In this document: positions 29,154-39,900 of the stretch, one piece after another | How the letters are laid out: each line of letters begins with the position of its first letter | Position numbering within the stretch: position 1 is the first letter of the stretch | Assembly (NCBI GenBank): GCA_013166835.1 | Contig: JABLTI010000008.1 | Coordinates: 1 to 50,058, forward strand | DNA length: 50,058 nucleotides | Direction of reading: 5' to 3' | Origin: Promethearchaeati archaeon | Lineage (GTDB): Archaea; Asgardarchaeota; Heimdallarchaeia; JABLTI01 | Notes under the pieces: model-generated | The model's database searches: none | Told to the model about the DNA's origin: nothing | Seen by the model: only the letters and a program-made list of their open reading frames with translations | Position numbers and translations under genes: made by a program

Positions 29154-29298
29154 TAATACATGAAATCAATTTTTTGATTTCTCTTTTTCCTTTTTTTTAA
29201 TTTCATCTTTGCGGTACAAATCAAACAGAAAGTTTTTAGTAAAATCTAGTTAACTAAATCAGAAAACATAGCTATAGTTCTTCTAAGGAGAAAAATAC

Positions 29299-31002
29299 AT
29301 GCCTGGCAATGAACCTCATGACGAAGATAAACAAAGTATTTCATCCATTCCTGAAATAACAGATTTATCTTTTATTGAGCAAGACTATGAGGAGGATTTG
29401 TCAGATAGTGCATTAGAAGAAATTCCTGAAAGAGAAAAGCTCTATGGGCGCTCTATTTTATCTAATTTCAGTTTTGGAATGGTTGATCCATTTCTTACCA
29501 CAATTGCAGTTGATATGGGAATTTCCGGTAGTCAAATGGGTTGGTTGAGAGCAATCACAAATCTTCTTGGGAATTTTGTACAACCAGTCTTTGGTTTCTT
29601 ATCTGACACAATACAGAGACGTACGATTTTCGTTGCCCTTTCAAATATTCTATACTCTAGTGTATGGATATTATTACTATTTGTTAATCAAATATGGATG
29701 ATTATCTTAATGGCTGGGATAATCTCATTAGTTGTGTCAATGGGGACTCCCGCTTGGACAGCATTGCTTGGGGAAGTAGTGCCTTCGAAAATAAGAGGGA
29801 AAATAATTGCTAAAGTAAATTGGTTATCCCAGTTTTCGTATATAGCTTCAACGATTCTTGGTGGAATTATCTTAAATTATGTTATTGGAAATTTGTCTAT
29901 AGGCTCTCGCACAATTAAACTTAATATGCTTTTAACCATCTCAATAGGATTACTGGCAGGTTTAATATCCGCGATAATCATCATGACTTTCAAAGAAAAG
30001 AAAGCACGTGATAGAGGGCAAAGACTTAACGCTTTACTCGATGAGGAAAATCAAAAATTATTGTTAAGATCAGATAAACAATTTGATGAAGGTCCTTGTT
30101 TAATAGAAGAAGATATCATTGTTGATAAAGACCCTCAGAGTATAGTAGCTAGTAGTCAAGAGATAATTTGTGTTTCTTCAGAGGATCAAACCAAGAAATC
30201 TATAACTTTGGATTCAACAAAAGATAAACTTCTCACTCGAAAACCATTTTCTCAAAGAGTAACTGTGATGTTAAAGGATAAAGAATTCATTAAATTTACA
30301 GTGATCTTTGGCATTCAATCGTTTTTCATGTCTTATTGTTGGCCTCTTTTCCCAATAAGACAACGAAGTGAAATTGCAGCAAATTTCGTTGAAATAGCGG
30401 TATTCTCTGTTATTATGAGCGTGGCTTCACTTTTAACAATTCGTTATGCGGGAAGGATTTCAGATTTAATTGGTAGGAAACCTCAGATGTTCTTAAATCG
30501 GCTAATACTAATTACTATGCCACTAGGCTATATGTTTGCCAGTCAAGTCTGGCATATAATTCTCATTCATGCAATTATTTGTATTCCACTCGGATTAAAT
30601 TCTGCTGTAATGCAAGCGTATCTCATTGATGTTACACCAGAAGATGATCGGAGCATGTATGTTGGCTTCTATAATATGTTTTATGGGCTCTTTCTTTTCT
30701 TAGGATCACTCGCTGGAGGTTATATGGCTGATTTCTTAAAGGGAATAATTACGATCTTCGGGTTTACACCTGCTTTCGATCCAATCAAAGCTATAACAAT
30801 TGCTTTTTCAGTTGGATTTGTTGGTCGATTGTTAACAACGATACCCTTTCTGTGGCTCAAAGATGTAAAATCATTCCCCTATAAATTAAAGGATTTGCCA
30901 AGATTGGTTTTAACAAGCAAAAAGCTATTTGCGTTAATTGCATCGGTATCCATTTTCTTTGGCATCATTTTCATATATGTAGGTATTACGGGCTTCGCTT
31001 AG
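29299..31002 (+). CDS. MFS transporter with long central loop
   Basis: 6+6 TM; GFLSDTIQRR and GRISDLIGRK (motif A). Confidence 0.9.
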   Translation: MPGNEPHDEDKQSISSIPEITDLSFIEQDYEEDLSDSALEEIPEREKLYGRSILSNFSFGMVDPFLTTIAVDMGISGSQMGWLRAITNLLGNFVQPVFGFLSDTIQRRTIFVALSNILYSSVWILLLFVNQIWMIILMAGIISLVVSMGTPAWTALLGEVVPSKIRGKIIAKVNWLSQFSYIASTILGGIILNYVIGNLSIGSRTIKLNMLLTISIGLLAGLISAIIIMTFKEKKARDRGQRLNALLDEENQKLLLRSDKQFDEGPCLIEEDIIVDKDPQSIVASSQEIICVSSEDQTKKSITLDSTKDKLLTRKPFSQRVTVMLKDKEFIKFTVIFGIQSFFMSYCWPLFPIRQRSEIAANFVEIAVFSVIMSVASLLTIRYAGRISDLIGRKPQMFLNRLILITMPLGYMFASQVWHIILIHAIICIPLGLNSAVMQAYLIDVTPEDDRSMYVGFYNMFYGLFLFLGSLAGGYMADFLKGIITIFGFTPAFDPIKAITIAFSVGFVGRLLTTIPFLWLKDVKSFPYKLKDLPRLVLTSKKLFALIASVSIFFGIIFIYVGITGFA

Positions 31003-31241
31003 ATATATTCGTTGCAGCATAACCAATATTTGCAGTGAAAATAAGCTATTTTAATACTAAATCTAAGTACTATATAGACATTAGATAAGGTTTCTAAATG
31101 TCACGCTATTAAGAAGAACTAGGCAAAAATCCACTAGAATATACGTAAATTTTTGTCAGAAGACTTTAAAACAATAGCACAAATTTATATTGTACCAATA
31201 TTTAAAATTGGTAAATTAAGTTAGTCGGAGTTGTATAATTA

Positions 31242-31973
31242 TTGTCTGCCAGGGTACCATTAAAAGAAATAGCTCTTAATTGCAAAGGCTGTAATAAAGA
31301 TATCAATATACCCATCTATGTAGACGATCTTAAAACCCAGGTGGGTGGGTTATGGCAAGTATCATTCTTACATGACGACCATGTAATTACTTTACTTCTA
31401 GACAAAAATCTATCATTACGACAGCATCGTGCATCTACAATTGCACGAACAAGTAGAGAAGAAGCTTCTGCAAGGGCTTCTGTTGGCGCAACCGCACAGG
31501 CCGCCTCAACATCAGCAGCTGCAGCAGCAACTCCCAGTCCTAGAGCAGAGGCAAGAGCAAGCATTACTCTTATGCTTAAAACATTCGGAAATACTCTCGA
31601 GTATGTGATGAAACCCGTAATGGTAGGAACGACAATCATCGTTTCTGGCGATCTTGCTCTTATGGAAATCGCTATAGCTACTTTGAAGATGTTTGTCCAT
31701 AAGAAAGAATTACGAGTATGTTGGTTTACTGAAACTTTTGTTGATCCAAGAGATTACGATATTATTGGAATTGCACCAGAACTACGCGATTACTACGAAA
31801 CTGAAGTGAATTTAGCAATTGATCAAAAGAAAGTCATCAATGGTGAAGAGTGCGATTATTGTCGTAAGGTCTTGAAAGGTCTAGATAAGATGAATGAAGC
31901 TAAAGCCGCTAATGAGCTAAAAGATCGAATAAAAAACGTTTATAGAAGTTTATTATGGATGCATCAAATTTAG
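31242..31973 (+). CDS. Hypothetical protein: CxxC...HxxH zinc-binding domain, Ala-rich linker, DENN-core-like domain
   Basis: CKGC...HDDH, then AAAAATPSP, then an alpha/beta domain with TIIVSG and DIIGI. Confidence 0.65.
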   Translation: MSARVPLKEIALNCKGCNKDINIPIYVDDLKTQVGGLWQVSFLHDDHVITLLLDKNLSLRQHRASTIARTSREEASARASVGATAQAASTSAAAAATPSPRAEARASITLMLKTFGNTLEYVMKPVMVGTTIIVSGDLALMEIAIATLKMFVHKKELRVCWFTETFVDPRDYDIIGIAPELRDYYETEVNLAIDQKKVINGEECDYCRKVLKGLDKMNEAKAANELKDRIKNVYRSLLWMHQI

Positions 31974-32115
31974 CTAAAGAATTAGCTATTTGGTGTTCTT
32001 CCATGTTATTTTTATTTTTATGTGTTTTAATTTGCAATAATTTTTCATTCAAGAAAACAACCAATTAGCTAATATATCATAAAAGCTTAAATGCATTTTG
32101 TAGAGTTACTTTGTT

Positions 32116-32529
32116 GTGAAAAAGATGGCATTAACAATTAGTAATCTCCCTTTAGCTTTTGTACTCGCAATTGCATTTGCATTTGGGTTATTTCTATTTG
32201 CTTTCATATTCATCTTATTAAGAAAACCCTTCAGGAAAAAAGTGAAGGATGAAGAAGCAAAAAAACTCAAGCAAAAAATTGTTTCCACTAAAGCGAGTGG
32301 TAAATATCTAAATCGATATTTGTCATATGCTATGTATATTGTGGTTTTTGGTATAATTGCTGTTTTCCTAATGCTGTCATTTTTCACAATTAATGATATA
32401 GTTGCTTTAAGTGATATGTGGCCATTTATTTTCGTTGTTGTTGTTTTAATCTTTTGTAGTCTTGTAATTGTTGAAAAAGTTAAGACAGAGAGCAAGAGAA
32501 CTGTACAGAGAGATATGCGCAGATTGTGA
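32116..32529 (+). CDS. NuoA-like 3-TM membrane subunit (divergent)
   Basis: TM1, long loop, then RYLSYAMYIVVFGIIAVFL, resembling NuoA RYY-x2-A-x2-FV-x-FD-x-E-x2-FL; first gene of the operon. Confidence 0.55.
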   Translation: MKKMALTISNLPLAFVLAIAFAFGLFLFAFIFILLRKPFRKKVKDEEAKKLKQKIVSTKASGKYLNRYLSYAMYIVVFGIIAVFLMLSFFTINDIVALSDMWPFIFVVVVLIFCSLVIVEKVKTESKRTVQRDMRRL

Positions 32530-32873
32530 AGGAGAATGAGGAAATGTCCAATAACGAACGTCCTAAGAAAAGAATCGACCAGTGGTTTATCCGGGGGATT
32601 GGTGTAGTTACTGCAAGTATTTTTCTCACTGTCATGACTTTCACTCTATTGGATTTACAACAAGGTTTATTCTTTACTGAAGGAACACAATCCGTAGGTT
32701 TAGATTACATTCTTTTAATACAGCAAATTGGCCAATATCTTTGGACATTTCGTGTGCTAGATTTAGTCTTAATTTTGATCATTTTAGTTTTAATTATAAT
32801 TTCAACAACTTATCTGATGAATTTTAAAGCACAAGTAATTAGAAGAAATCAAGACAGAGGGAGGTACAGATAA
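32526..32873 (+). CDS. NuoJ C-terminal / MnhB-like membrane subunit (divergent)
   Basis: IGQYLWTFRVLDL motif before a TM; start overlaps the previous stop (GTGA). Confidence 0.55.
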   Translation: MKENEEMSNNERPKKRIDQWFIRGIGVVTASIFLTVMTFTLLDLQQGLFFTEGTQSVGLDYILLIQQIGQYLWTFRVLDLVLILIILVLIIISTTYLMNFKAQVIRRNQDRGRYR

Positions 32874-33280
32874 TGCTTGATTGGACTTCTTTCTTTCCCT
32901 ATACACTTATTGCTTCTCTAGTGCTCTTTGCAATCGGTATTTATGGAATCATTACTTGTAAGAACTTTTTACGTGCTGTTTTTGGCATAGAAATTTTATT
33001 ATTGACTGCTAATTTATTGCTTTTGTCTTTTGGTTTAGGAAGTAGTGAAGAAACATCTTTGATATCTGATCCTTTTGCACAAACTCTCTCCTTAATGATT
33101 ATAGCAGTTAGCGCAGTCTTTCTTATACTTGGTTCTTCAATAAACAAACTTTTACAAGAAAACAATGATGAGATTCTAGATTTTAATTTTGAAGCTGAAG
33201 ATGCCCCCTTTAAAAAATCAGAAGAACAAGAAGAGCAAACAACATCACCTGATACAATCAAGGAGGATGAGGAAGAATGA
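32873..33280 (+). CDS. NuoK/MnhC-like subunit
   Basis: LFAIGIYGII-x2-KNFLRAVFGIEILL-x2-ANL and DPFAQTL; TAATG coupling. Confidence 0.8.
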   Translation: MLDWTSFFPYTLIASLVLFAIGIYGIITCKNFLRAVFGIEILLLTANLLLLSFGLGSSEETSLISDPFAQTLSLMIIAVSAVFLILGSSINKLLQENNDEILDFNFEAEDAPFKKSEEQEEQTTSPDTIKEDEEE

Positions 33281-35196
33281 GTGGATTACTTTTAGCAGCA
33301 CTTCTGATTATAATTCCTGCTGCTGGAACCTTAATTGGTTTGTTTCTATCTCAACTCGAAGATTCTGTAGCAGCTGAAGGCAAAACACGAGATTGGATGC
33401 TATTTATTTTGATCTTTTTACCTACCGCAATAATTTCCATAGTTTTGCTTACATATCTTAGGAGTAGCAGTTCTTTCTCAATAGCTTGGCTACCTGGTAT
33501 TGAGATTGGATTGCATTTAAACAGAACTTCCATTATTTTTGCCTGTATAATCGCAAATTTCAGTGCCTTAATTGCTCTTTATTCTATATCATTCATGTCG
33601 TTCGATAGGTATCGAACCCAATACTGGTTCTTCTATCAATTAACATTAGCTGCAATGATGATGGGAATATTCTCAAATAATCTCTTCTGGTTATTTGGTG
33701 GATTTGAGGTTGCATCAATAGGAGCTTTCTTTTTAATTTCTCATTGGCATCGTAAATCTGGAGATGAAGGTCAAAAAGCAGGGAACGCAGCTATTCGTTA
33801 CCTAATTATTAGTATCTGTGGTGATATTTTTCTCCTTATTGGGTTTGGATTAATCCTGGTAGCTTTCAACACTTCAATTTTAGGCGAGCTATTCGACAAA
33901 TGGGTAGCTGTACCGGTTAAAATTATCGGAAGATCAAGTACTTCAACTAGATCAATTATCACATTTTTCTTAGTTTTTGGAGCATTGATTAAATCAGCTC
34001 AAATACCAATTTTGTTGTGGCCTTTAGGTGGCAAAAGTAAAGATTATGATTTAGCGAAGTCACCTATAACCGTTGCAGCATTTTTGGTCACAGTTACAGT
34101 CGGTAATATTGGCTTGTTTATTTTGAGCGTTTTTCAACCAATCTTTTCTACGACCATTACTGAAATTGGAACTGGGGTTCCTCTCTTTAGTGCTATGCCA
34201 TTCGTTCTCGTAGGATGGTTTGCAATTTTAACACTTATTATTGCCATAGCGTTAATGTTAACAGCTGATAATATCAATCGGATAGCGATATCTGCTGCAA
34301 TAGCTCAACTCAGTTTTTCATTCATAGGTTATAGTGCTGGAAATTCAATAGGTTATGCTTCATCAATTTTTCATCTAGTAACTAGTATACCTGCTAGTAT
34401 AGCAGTTTTTGTTCTCATGGGGATGATAATAGAATCAATTCGAATAAGGAATATATCGCGCCTTGGAGGATTAAAAAATAAATATCCCTCGTTATTCATA
34501 TTTGGTTTGATAGCAATTCTAAGCTATTCAGGATTCTTTCCATTTGGAACTCATTTCAGTCTAGATATGATCTTTCAAGCACTTCTCACAAGTAGCATTC
34601 CATCCAGTAAGGTTATCCTCGCGATTAGTTTTATCTGTTCTATTTTACTTATTTTTGCTATAACAAAACCATTCATGAAGCTATTTAATGGGAAATTTGA
34701 AGGAGATTTATCAACTCGTCAATTAAACAAAAACTCAATTTCTGTGGAGTTAATGGCTCTAGTAGCGTCTGCTCTATCAGGTTTCTTATTAATATTCGTG
34801 GGATATCCAAATCCGAAATTTGTTTCACTCTTACTTGATCAAAAGGTATTTTTGGGATATGATTCACCATTATTTAGCAATTGGCTTGTATCAATATTGT
34901 ATTTAATTTTAGGAATTGGTATTTTCATTTCAACAATGATTTTATATCGTGATGGAAAAGCTACTGTGTTAGATAAAATTAGAAACACGAAATTTGTAAG
35001 CTTTACCAAGAAATTTTTCGCAAATGGAATGTACCTTGATAATGTATATGAAGCATCTGTATTCCAACCTATTAATTTCTTAAGTAGATTTTTCGCTTGG
35101 ACTCGAATCAAGGCACCTTTTGCTAGTATAATATGGGCTGTGCTAGCTTTAGCATTATTAGTATCAATATTTGCAGTACTAGGAGGAGGAATATAA
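33277..35196 (+). CDS. NuoL/MrpA-like antiporter subunit (partly degenerate)
   Basis: NNLFWLFGGFE, GDIFL, IKSAQIP, IFHL, LGGL, and C-terminal FFANGMYLDNVY amphipathic segment; ATGA coupling. Confidence 0.85.
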   Translation: MSGLLLAALLIIIPAAGTLIGLFLSQLEDSVAAEGKTRDWMLFILIFLPTAIISIVLLTYLRSSSSFSIAWLPGIEIGLHLNRTSIIFACIIANFSALIALYSISFMSFDRYRTQYWFFYQLTLAAMMMGIFSNNLFWLFGGFEVASIGAFFLISHWHRKSGDEGQKAGNAAIRYLIISICGDIFLLIGFGLILVAFNTSILGELFDKWVAVPVKIIGRSSTSTRSIITFFLVFGALIKSAQIPILLWPLGGKSKDYDLAKSPITVAAFLVTVTVGNIGLFILSVFQPIFSTTITEIGTGVPLFSAMPFVLVGWFAILTLIIAIALMLTADNINRIAISAAIAQLSFSFIGYSAGNSIGYASSIFHLVTSIPASIAVFVLMGMIIESIRIRNISRLGGLKNKYPSLFIFGLIAILSYSGFFPFGTHFSLDMIFQALLTSSIPSSKVILAISFICSILLIFAITKPFMKLFNGKFEGDLSTRQLNKNSISVELMALVASALSGFLLIFVGYPNPKFVSLLLDQKVFLGYDSPLFSNWLVSILYLILGIGIFISTMILYRDGKATVLDKIRNTKFVSFTKKFFANGMYLDNVYEASVFQPINFLSRFFAWTRIKAPFASIIWAVLALALLVSIFAVLGGGI

Positions 35197-35198
35197 TC

Positions 35199-36794
35199 AT
35201 GGCAGGAATTTTGATTAACTTCACTATGGTTTTCCTTGTTATTCTTCCATTTACTATTGCAATTATTATATTTGGCTTCAGAAAGTGGTTAAAGAATTTT
35301 GCAGGTGAAATGGGCGCAGCTACAATAATTGCTGTTGTAGCATTAATTGCGGCATTAAATTATGGCTTAAAATCAAATCCTTCTACAAATATCCTATATG
35401 GAATTTATAATACATCTCAAGGAGCAGATTACGGTCCACCTCTTGGTGTGCAATTAAGGGTTGATGCTTTTACAAGTTGGTTCCTTATCTTCATAAATAT
35501 TGTAATTCTTTTCATCTTCATTTATGAATCAACAAAACAAAGAGGGAAGCCAGAAGGACCTATCCATATAAGTTTGCTTCTGTTCATAACTGCAGGGATA
35601 AATGGAGTAATGATTGCTAACGACTTCTTTACTTTATTTTTAAGTTGGGTCATAATTGGGATTGCTGTCATCTCACTAATTACTTTTAGACGACGTGCAA
35701 TTGATATAAAAGAAGGTGGGATTAGATCATACATATTAATTGGTTTAAGTATTTCATTCTTGCTTCTTGCTGTCATTTTATGCTACGGTATCTTTGGTAC
35801 CTTGAATTTTGATGTAATTAAAAACGATGATACAATATTATCTTCTTCCCGATTACAAAACCTAAGTCTAGTTCTCTACACAATAATAGCTCTTGTTATA
35901 GTGGGTTTTGGATTGTTTGCTAATATTTTCTTACTAAATCTGTGGATGCCTAAAGCCATTGAACATTCTCATGCCAGTACACAAGTATTCACAACTGGTA
36001 TTACTAGCAGTATTGCTTTGCTTTCTATTTTCAAAGTACTGTTTTCCTTCTTTAATCCCGAAAGTTTTGCAGGAATTGCATATCCTCAAGTATTAGCGAT
36101 TATAGGCATACTTACTGCATTAGAAGGAGCACTTCTTATTATCTATCAAGTAACAAGAAAAGATGAAGATAAAGCTAGTTTAACGAAGATTATAATCTAT
36201 TCTGCTATAGTAAATATAGGAATTGCACTCACAGGGATTTCATTAGGGGGTTTCACTGTCGAGGTTGAAGGCGAAGGCATCTTTAATTTAAGTGACATAA
36301 TCGGGTACAGCGCTTTGCAATTAATTAATTTAGCAATAACTATGTTTCTAACTCTTACTGCGAAAGAACGATTGGTTTCAAAGAGAGGGAGTGAAAAATT
36401 GTTTGCTTTAAGAGGTTCTGCAAAAGATTATCCATTGACTATTTTCATGTTAATTATCGGTTTATCCTCAACCATTGGTTTACTACCCACTTTTGGTGGA
36501 GTTAATATCTATATGCTTGTTTTTTCATTGATACAATTGAATTTTATTGGATATGCCATTTTCATAGTTCTTATTCTAGTGCTGTTGTTAATTGGTTATC
36601 TAATTGTATTCAAATTCCTAATATTTGATAAACCAACAAAAGAAACGAGTTTTGGTAGTGGTGGTATTAGTCAGGATCTCTCGTTGCATACATTCCTAGG
36701 ACTCTTAATAGCTCTTGGATTAATTGTATTAGGGATTGTACCATCCATTATTAGTAACTCTATTCTAGAAAACACTAGCTTAATGCTGCCTTAG
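35199..36794 (+). CDS. MrpD/MbhH/NuoN-like antiporter subunit (degenerate)
   Basis: GPPLGVQLRVD, NDFFTLF, GTLNF, LWMPKA, KIIIYS and GLLP; strong AGGAGGAGG RBS before the ATG at 35199. Confidence 0.85.
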   Translation: MAGILINFTMVFLVILPFTIAIIIFGFRKWLKNFAGEMGAATIIAVVALIAALNYGLKSNPSTNILYGIYNTSQGADYGPPLGVQLRVDAFTSWFLIFINIVILFIFIYESTKQRGKPEGPIHISLLLFITAGINGVMIANDFFTLFLSWVIIGIAVISLITFRRRAIDIKEGGIRSYILIGLSISFLLLAVILCYGIFGTLNFDVIKNDDTILSSSRLQNLSLVLYTIIALVIVGFGLFANIFLLNLWMPKAIEHSHASTQVFTTGITSSIALLSIFKVLFSFFNPESFAGIAYPQVLAIIGILTALEGALLIIYQVTRKDEDKASLTKIIIYSAIVNIGIALTGISLGGFTVEVEGEGIFNLSDIIGYSALQLINLAITMFLTLTAKERLVSKRGSEKLFALRGSAKDYPLTIFMLIIGLSSTIGLLPTFGGVNIYMLVFSLIQLNFIGYAIFIVLILVLLLIGYLIVFKFLIFDKPTKETSFGSGGISQDLSLHTFLGLLIALGLIVLGIVPSIISNSILENTSLMLP

Positions 36795-36926
36795 AAGAAC
36801 TATCAGCACAAAAAATATGATAAGGGAATGATACCAGAACTCTTATAGAATAATTAGAAAAGCAATTATGCTATTTATTTGCTGAAAATCGTAAGTAATT
36901 ATAGAGAATATTGTTGTGATAGAAAA

Positions 36927-39900
36927 TTGGAAATAATTGCCTCCGATGAAATGAAAGCATATTTTCAAAGATTAGAAGACGAAGTCATAGAACTCTATAA
37001 GGTTGCTGAAAAGGCAAGAGAGAAAGGATTGGATCCCGAATTAGAACCGGAAATACACTTAGCAAAAGATGTTGCAGGAAAAGTAGAGGGGCTAATAGAA
37101 ATAAAGGGGATAGCAGATAGAATTCGTTCTTTAACTTTACAAATGGATCGAGAAAATGTTGCTTTTAAAATTGCTCAAGAAATAGCTGATGGAAAACTTG
37201 TCGGTAATATATCGGAGGAAAAAAAAGCGGATCTTGCTATACGAGCAGCTCTTGCTATTTTAACAGAAGGAGTTACAGCTGCTCCTTTAGAAGGCATCGC
37301 TAAAGTAAAAATCAAGAGGAATGAAGATAATACTAGATATTTAGCTATATACTTCGCAGGACCAATTAGAGCAGCAGGTGGAACAGAAGCAGCTCTCACT
37401 GTCTTAGTCTCAGATCATGTTAGGAAAGTTTTGGGCTTATCCCGCTATAAAGCAACAAGACAAGAAATGATGCGTTTTGTAGAGGAAATTGACCTCTATA
37501 ACCGAGTAATGCATTTACAAAGCCCCACAACTACAGATCAAATTGAAACAGCAGTTGAAAATCTCCCTGTAGAGGTAACCGGAGAAAAGACGAACCCAGA
37601 GGAAGTATCTGCTTTTAGAGATCTTCCTCGAATAGAAACGAATTGTCTGAGAGGAGGAGCTTGCTTAGTCTTAAATGATGGGATAATTGGTCGTGCAATG
37701 AAGATATTAAGAACTGTTAATGCAGTTGGATTGACCGACTGGGATTGGTTAAAAGATCTAAAAGCTACTGTGGCAAAAGCACAAGATGATCAAGAAAAAG
37801 AAGAACAAAAAGCAAAAACACAACCATCTTATGGCTACATAAAAGATGTAATATCAGGAAGACCCATATTTTCACATCCCTCACAACCCGGTGGATTTAG
37901 AATTAGATATGGGCACTCAAGAAATACTGGTTTAGCTGGTATAGGGATTCATCCAGCAACAATGAAAGTTGTAATGGAGTTCTTAGCACCAGGAACACAT
38001 ATCCGAACTGAAAGACCGGGGAAGGGTAGTGTAGTTATGCCCGTGGATTCCATAGATGGTCCTATTGTGTTACTAAAAGATGGCACAGTCTTACAATTAG
38101 ATTCATATGAACAGGCAGAAAAATATTCCAAAAAAATTAAAGAAATACTCTTTTTGGGTGATTTACTTGTAGGATTTGGTGAGTTTTTAGAAAACAACCA
38201 TCCTTTGATCCCTTCAGGTTTTGTTGAAGAATGGTGGGTATTGTATTTAGAATCCAGAATAAAATCTCGTTGTGATAATGACCTTGCTATTGCTGCAAAA
38301 ACCGTTGGGATGACAATTGAACGTTTACGAGACTTTTTGAACCATCCTATTGCAACAAAACCAACTCAAGAAGAAGCTTTGAGTTTCTGCTATGAATTGT
38401 TACTTCCTTTGCACCCGTATTATACTTATGCTTGGCATGATATCTCATTTGATGAGTTTTTTGAATTACGAGATCAAATACTGGAAAGGAGAATCACAGA
38501 TAAACAAAAAATATCTCAATATTCCAGAAACCCGAAAGCAATAATACTTGACCAAGATTTTTCCGCTAAAAGATTTCTAGAAAGAATTGGTTTACCACAT
38601 AGAGTGAAGGATGGATGTGTTGTTATTGAAGAAAATAATCTTATTATTGAACACTGCATGCAATTAGAAAATAAAGAGTTAGATCCCTCTTCAATAGAGC
38701 GAACTGTAGAACCACCCTTCGAATATATTGTTCCCTTTGAGATTAAAATGAAAAACCCAATTTACTCAGGAGCAAGAATGGGGAGACCAGAAAAAGCAAA
38801 AGAGCGAAAAATGAATCCCCCAGTCCATACTCTCTATCCACTTGAGATGGAAGGCGGAGGAAATAATAGATTAATCTTGGAAGCAGGAAAAAAGAAGAAA
38901 ATAGAAATTACAGTAATACAACGGGAATGTAAAACTTGCAGTATAATTACTCATCTTTCAAGTTGCCCAAATTGCCAGAGAGGGACGGAAGTGATCAGAA
39001 GCTGTTACATCTGTGGAGTAGAAACTGAAGACACTTTTTGTAAAGAATGCAAACGCCCGACAGTTACATACAATACAAGACTAGTGAATATTGCTCAAGA
39101 AATAACTCGAGTGAAAAAAGCATTGGGTGGCTCGATACCTCCAAAAACAAAAGGTGTAAAGAAATTAATGAATCGTGGACGCATTCCAGAGATTTTAGAA
39201 AAAGGTTTCCTTAGAGCAAGACATGGCTTGAATGTATATAAAGACGGCACAATAAGATTTGATTCGACTGATATTCCCTTAATGCATTTTAAGCCAAGAG
39301 AGGTTAGTGCAACATTAGAACAACTAAACAAGCTAGGTTATACAGAAGATGCTAATGGAGAACCATTGACAGATGAAGAACAAATCTGCGAATTGAAGAT
39401 ACAGGATGTTGTTTTAAATATTGACAATGGTGAATTCCTCGTAAGAGTTTCGAAATATGTTGATGATATGCTAGAATCCGTTTATGGATTACCTCGATTC
39501 TATAATATTACCCGAATTACAGAACTTATTGGACATTTAATTATTGGTCTAGCTCCGCACACCTCCTCTGGAATAACAGGAAGAGTTATTGGTTTCACAA
39601 GTGTAAAAGGTAATTTAGCTCATCCTTATTGGCATGCTGCGAAGAGGAGAAATTGTTTTCCTGGCGATACTGAAGTCCTTGTTGATATTGAAGGGAAAAT
39701 TACTCGAGTAAAAATCAAAGATCTATATGAGAATGAGTTTGATAATGAAATAGAGGAAAAGATGGTCTTAGTTAAAAAACAACCAAAGAGAGAAATCAAA
39801 GCTTATTCATTTGATCACTCATTAGGAGAAGTAACACTAACAAATATTCTTGATGTAATTAAAACACCAGCACCTGAACACTTAGTAAAGTTTCATCTAG

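Noticed and set aside
31930-32070. Possible frameshifted continuation of the DENN-like ORF (KFIMDASNLAKELAIW in another frame)
   Set aside because: The alternative frame quickly runs into T-rich terminator-like sequence and no homology evidence is available.
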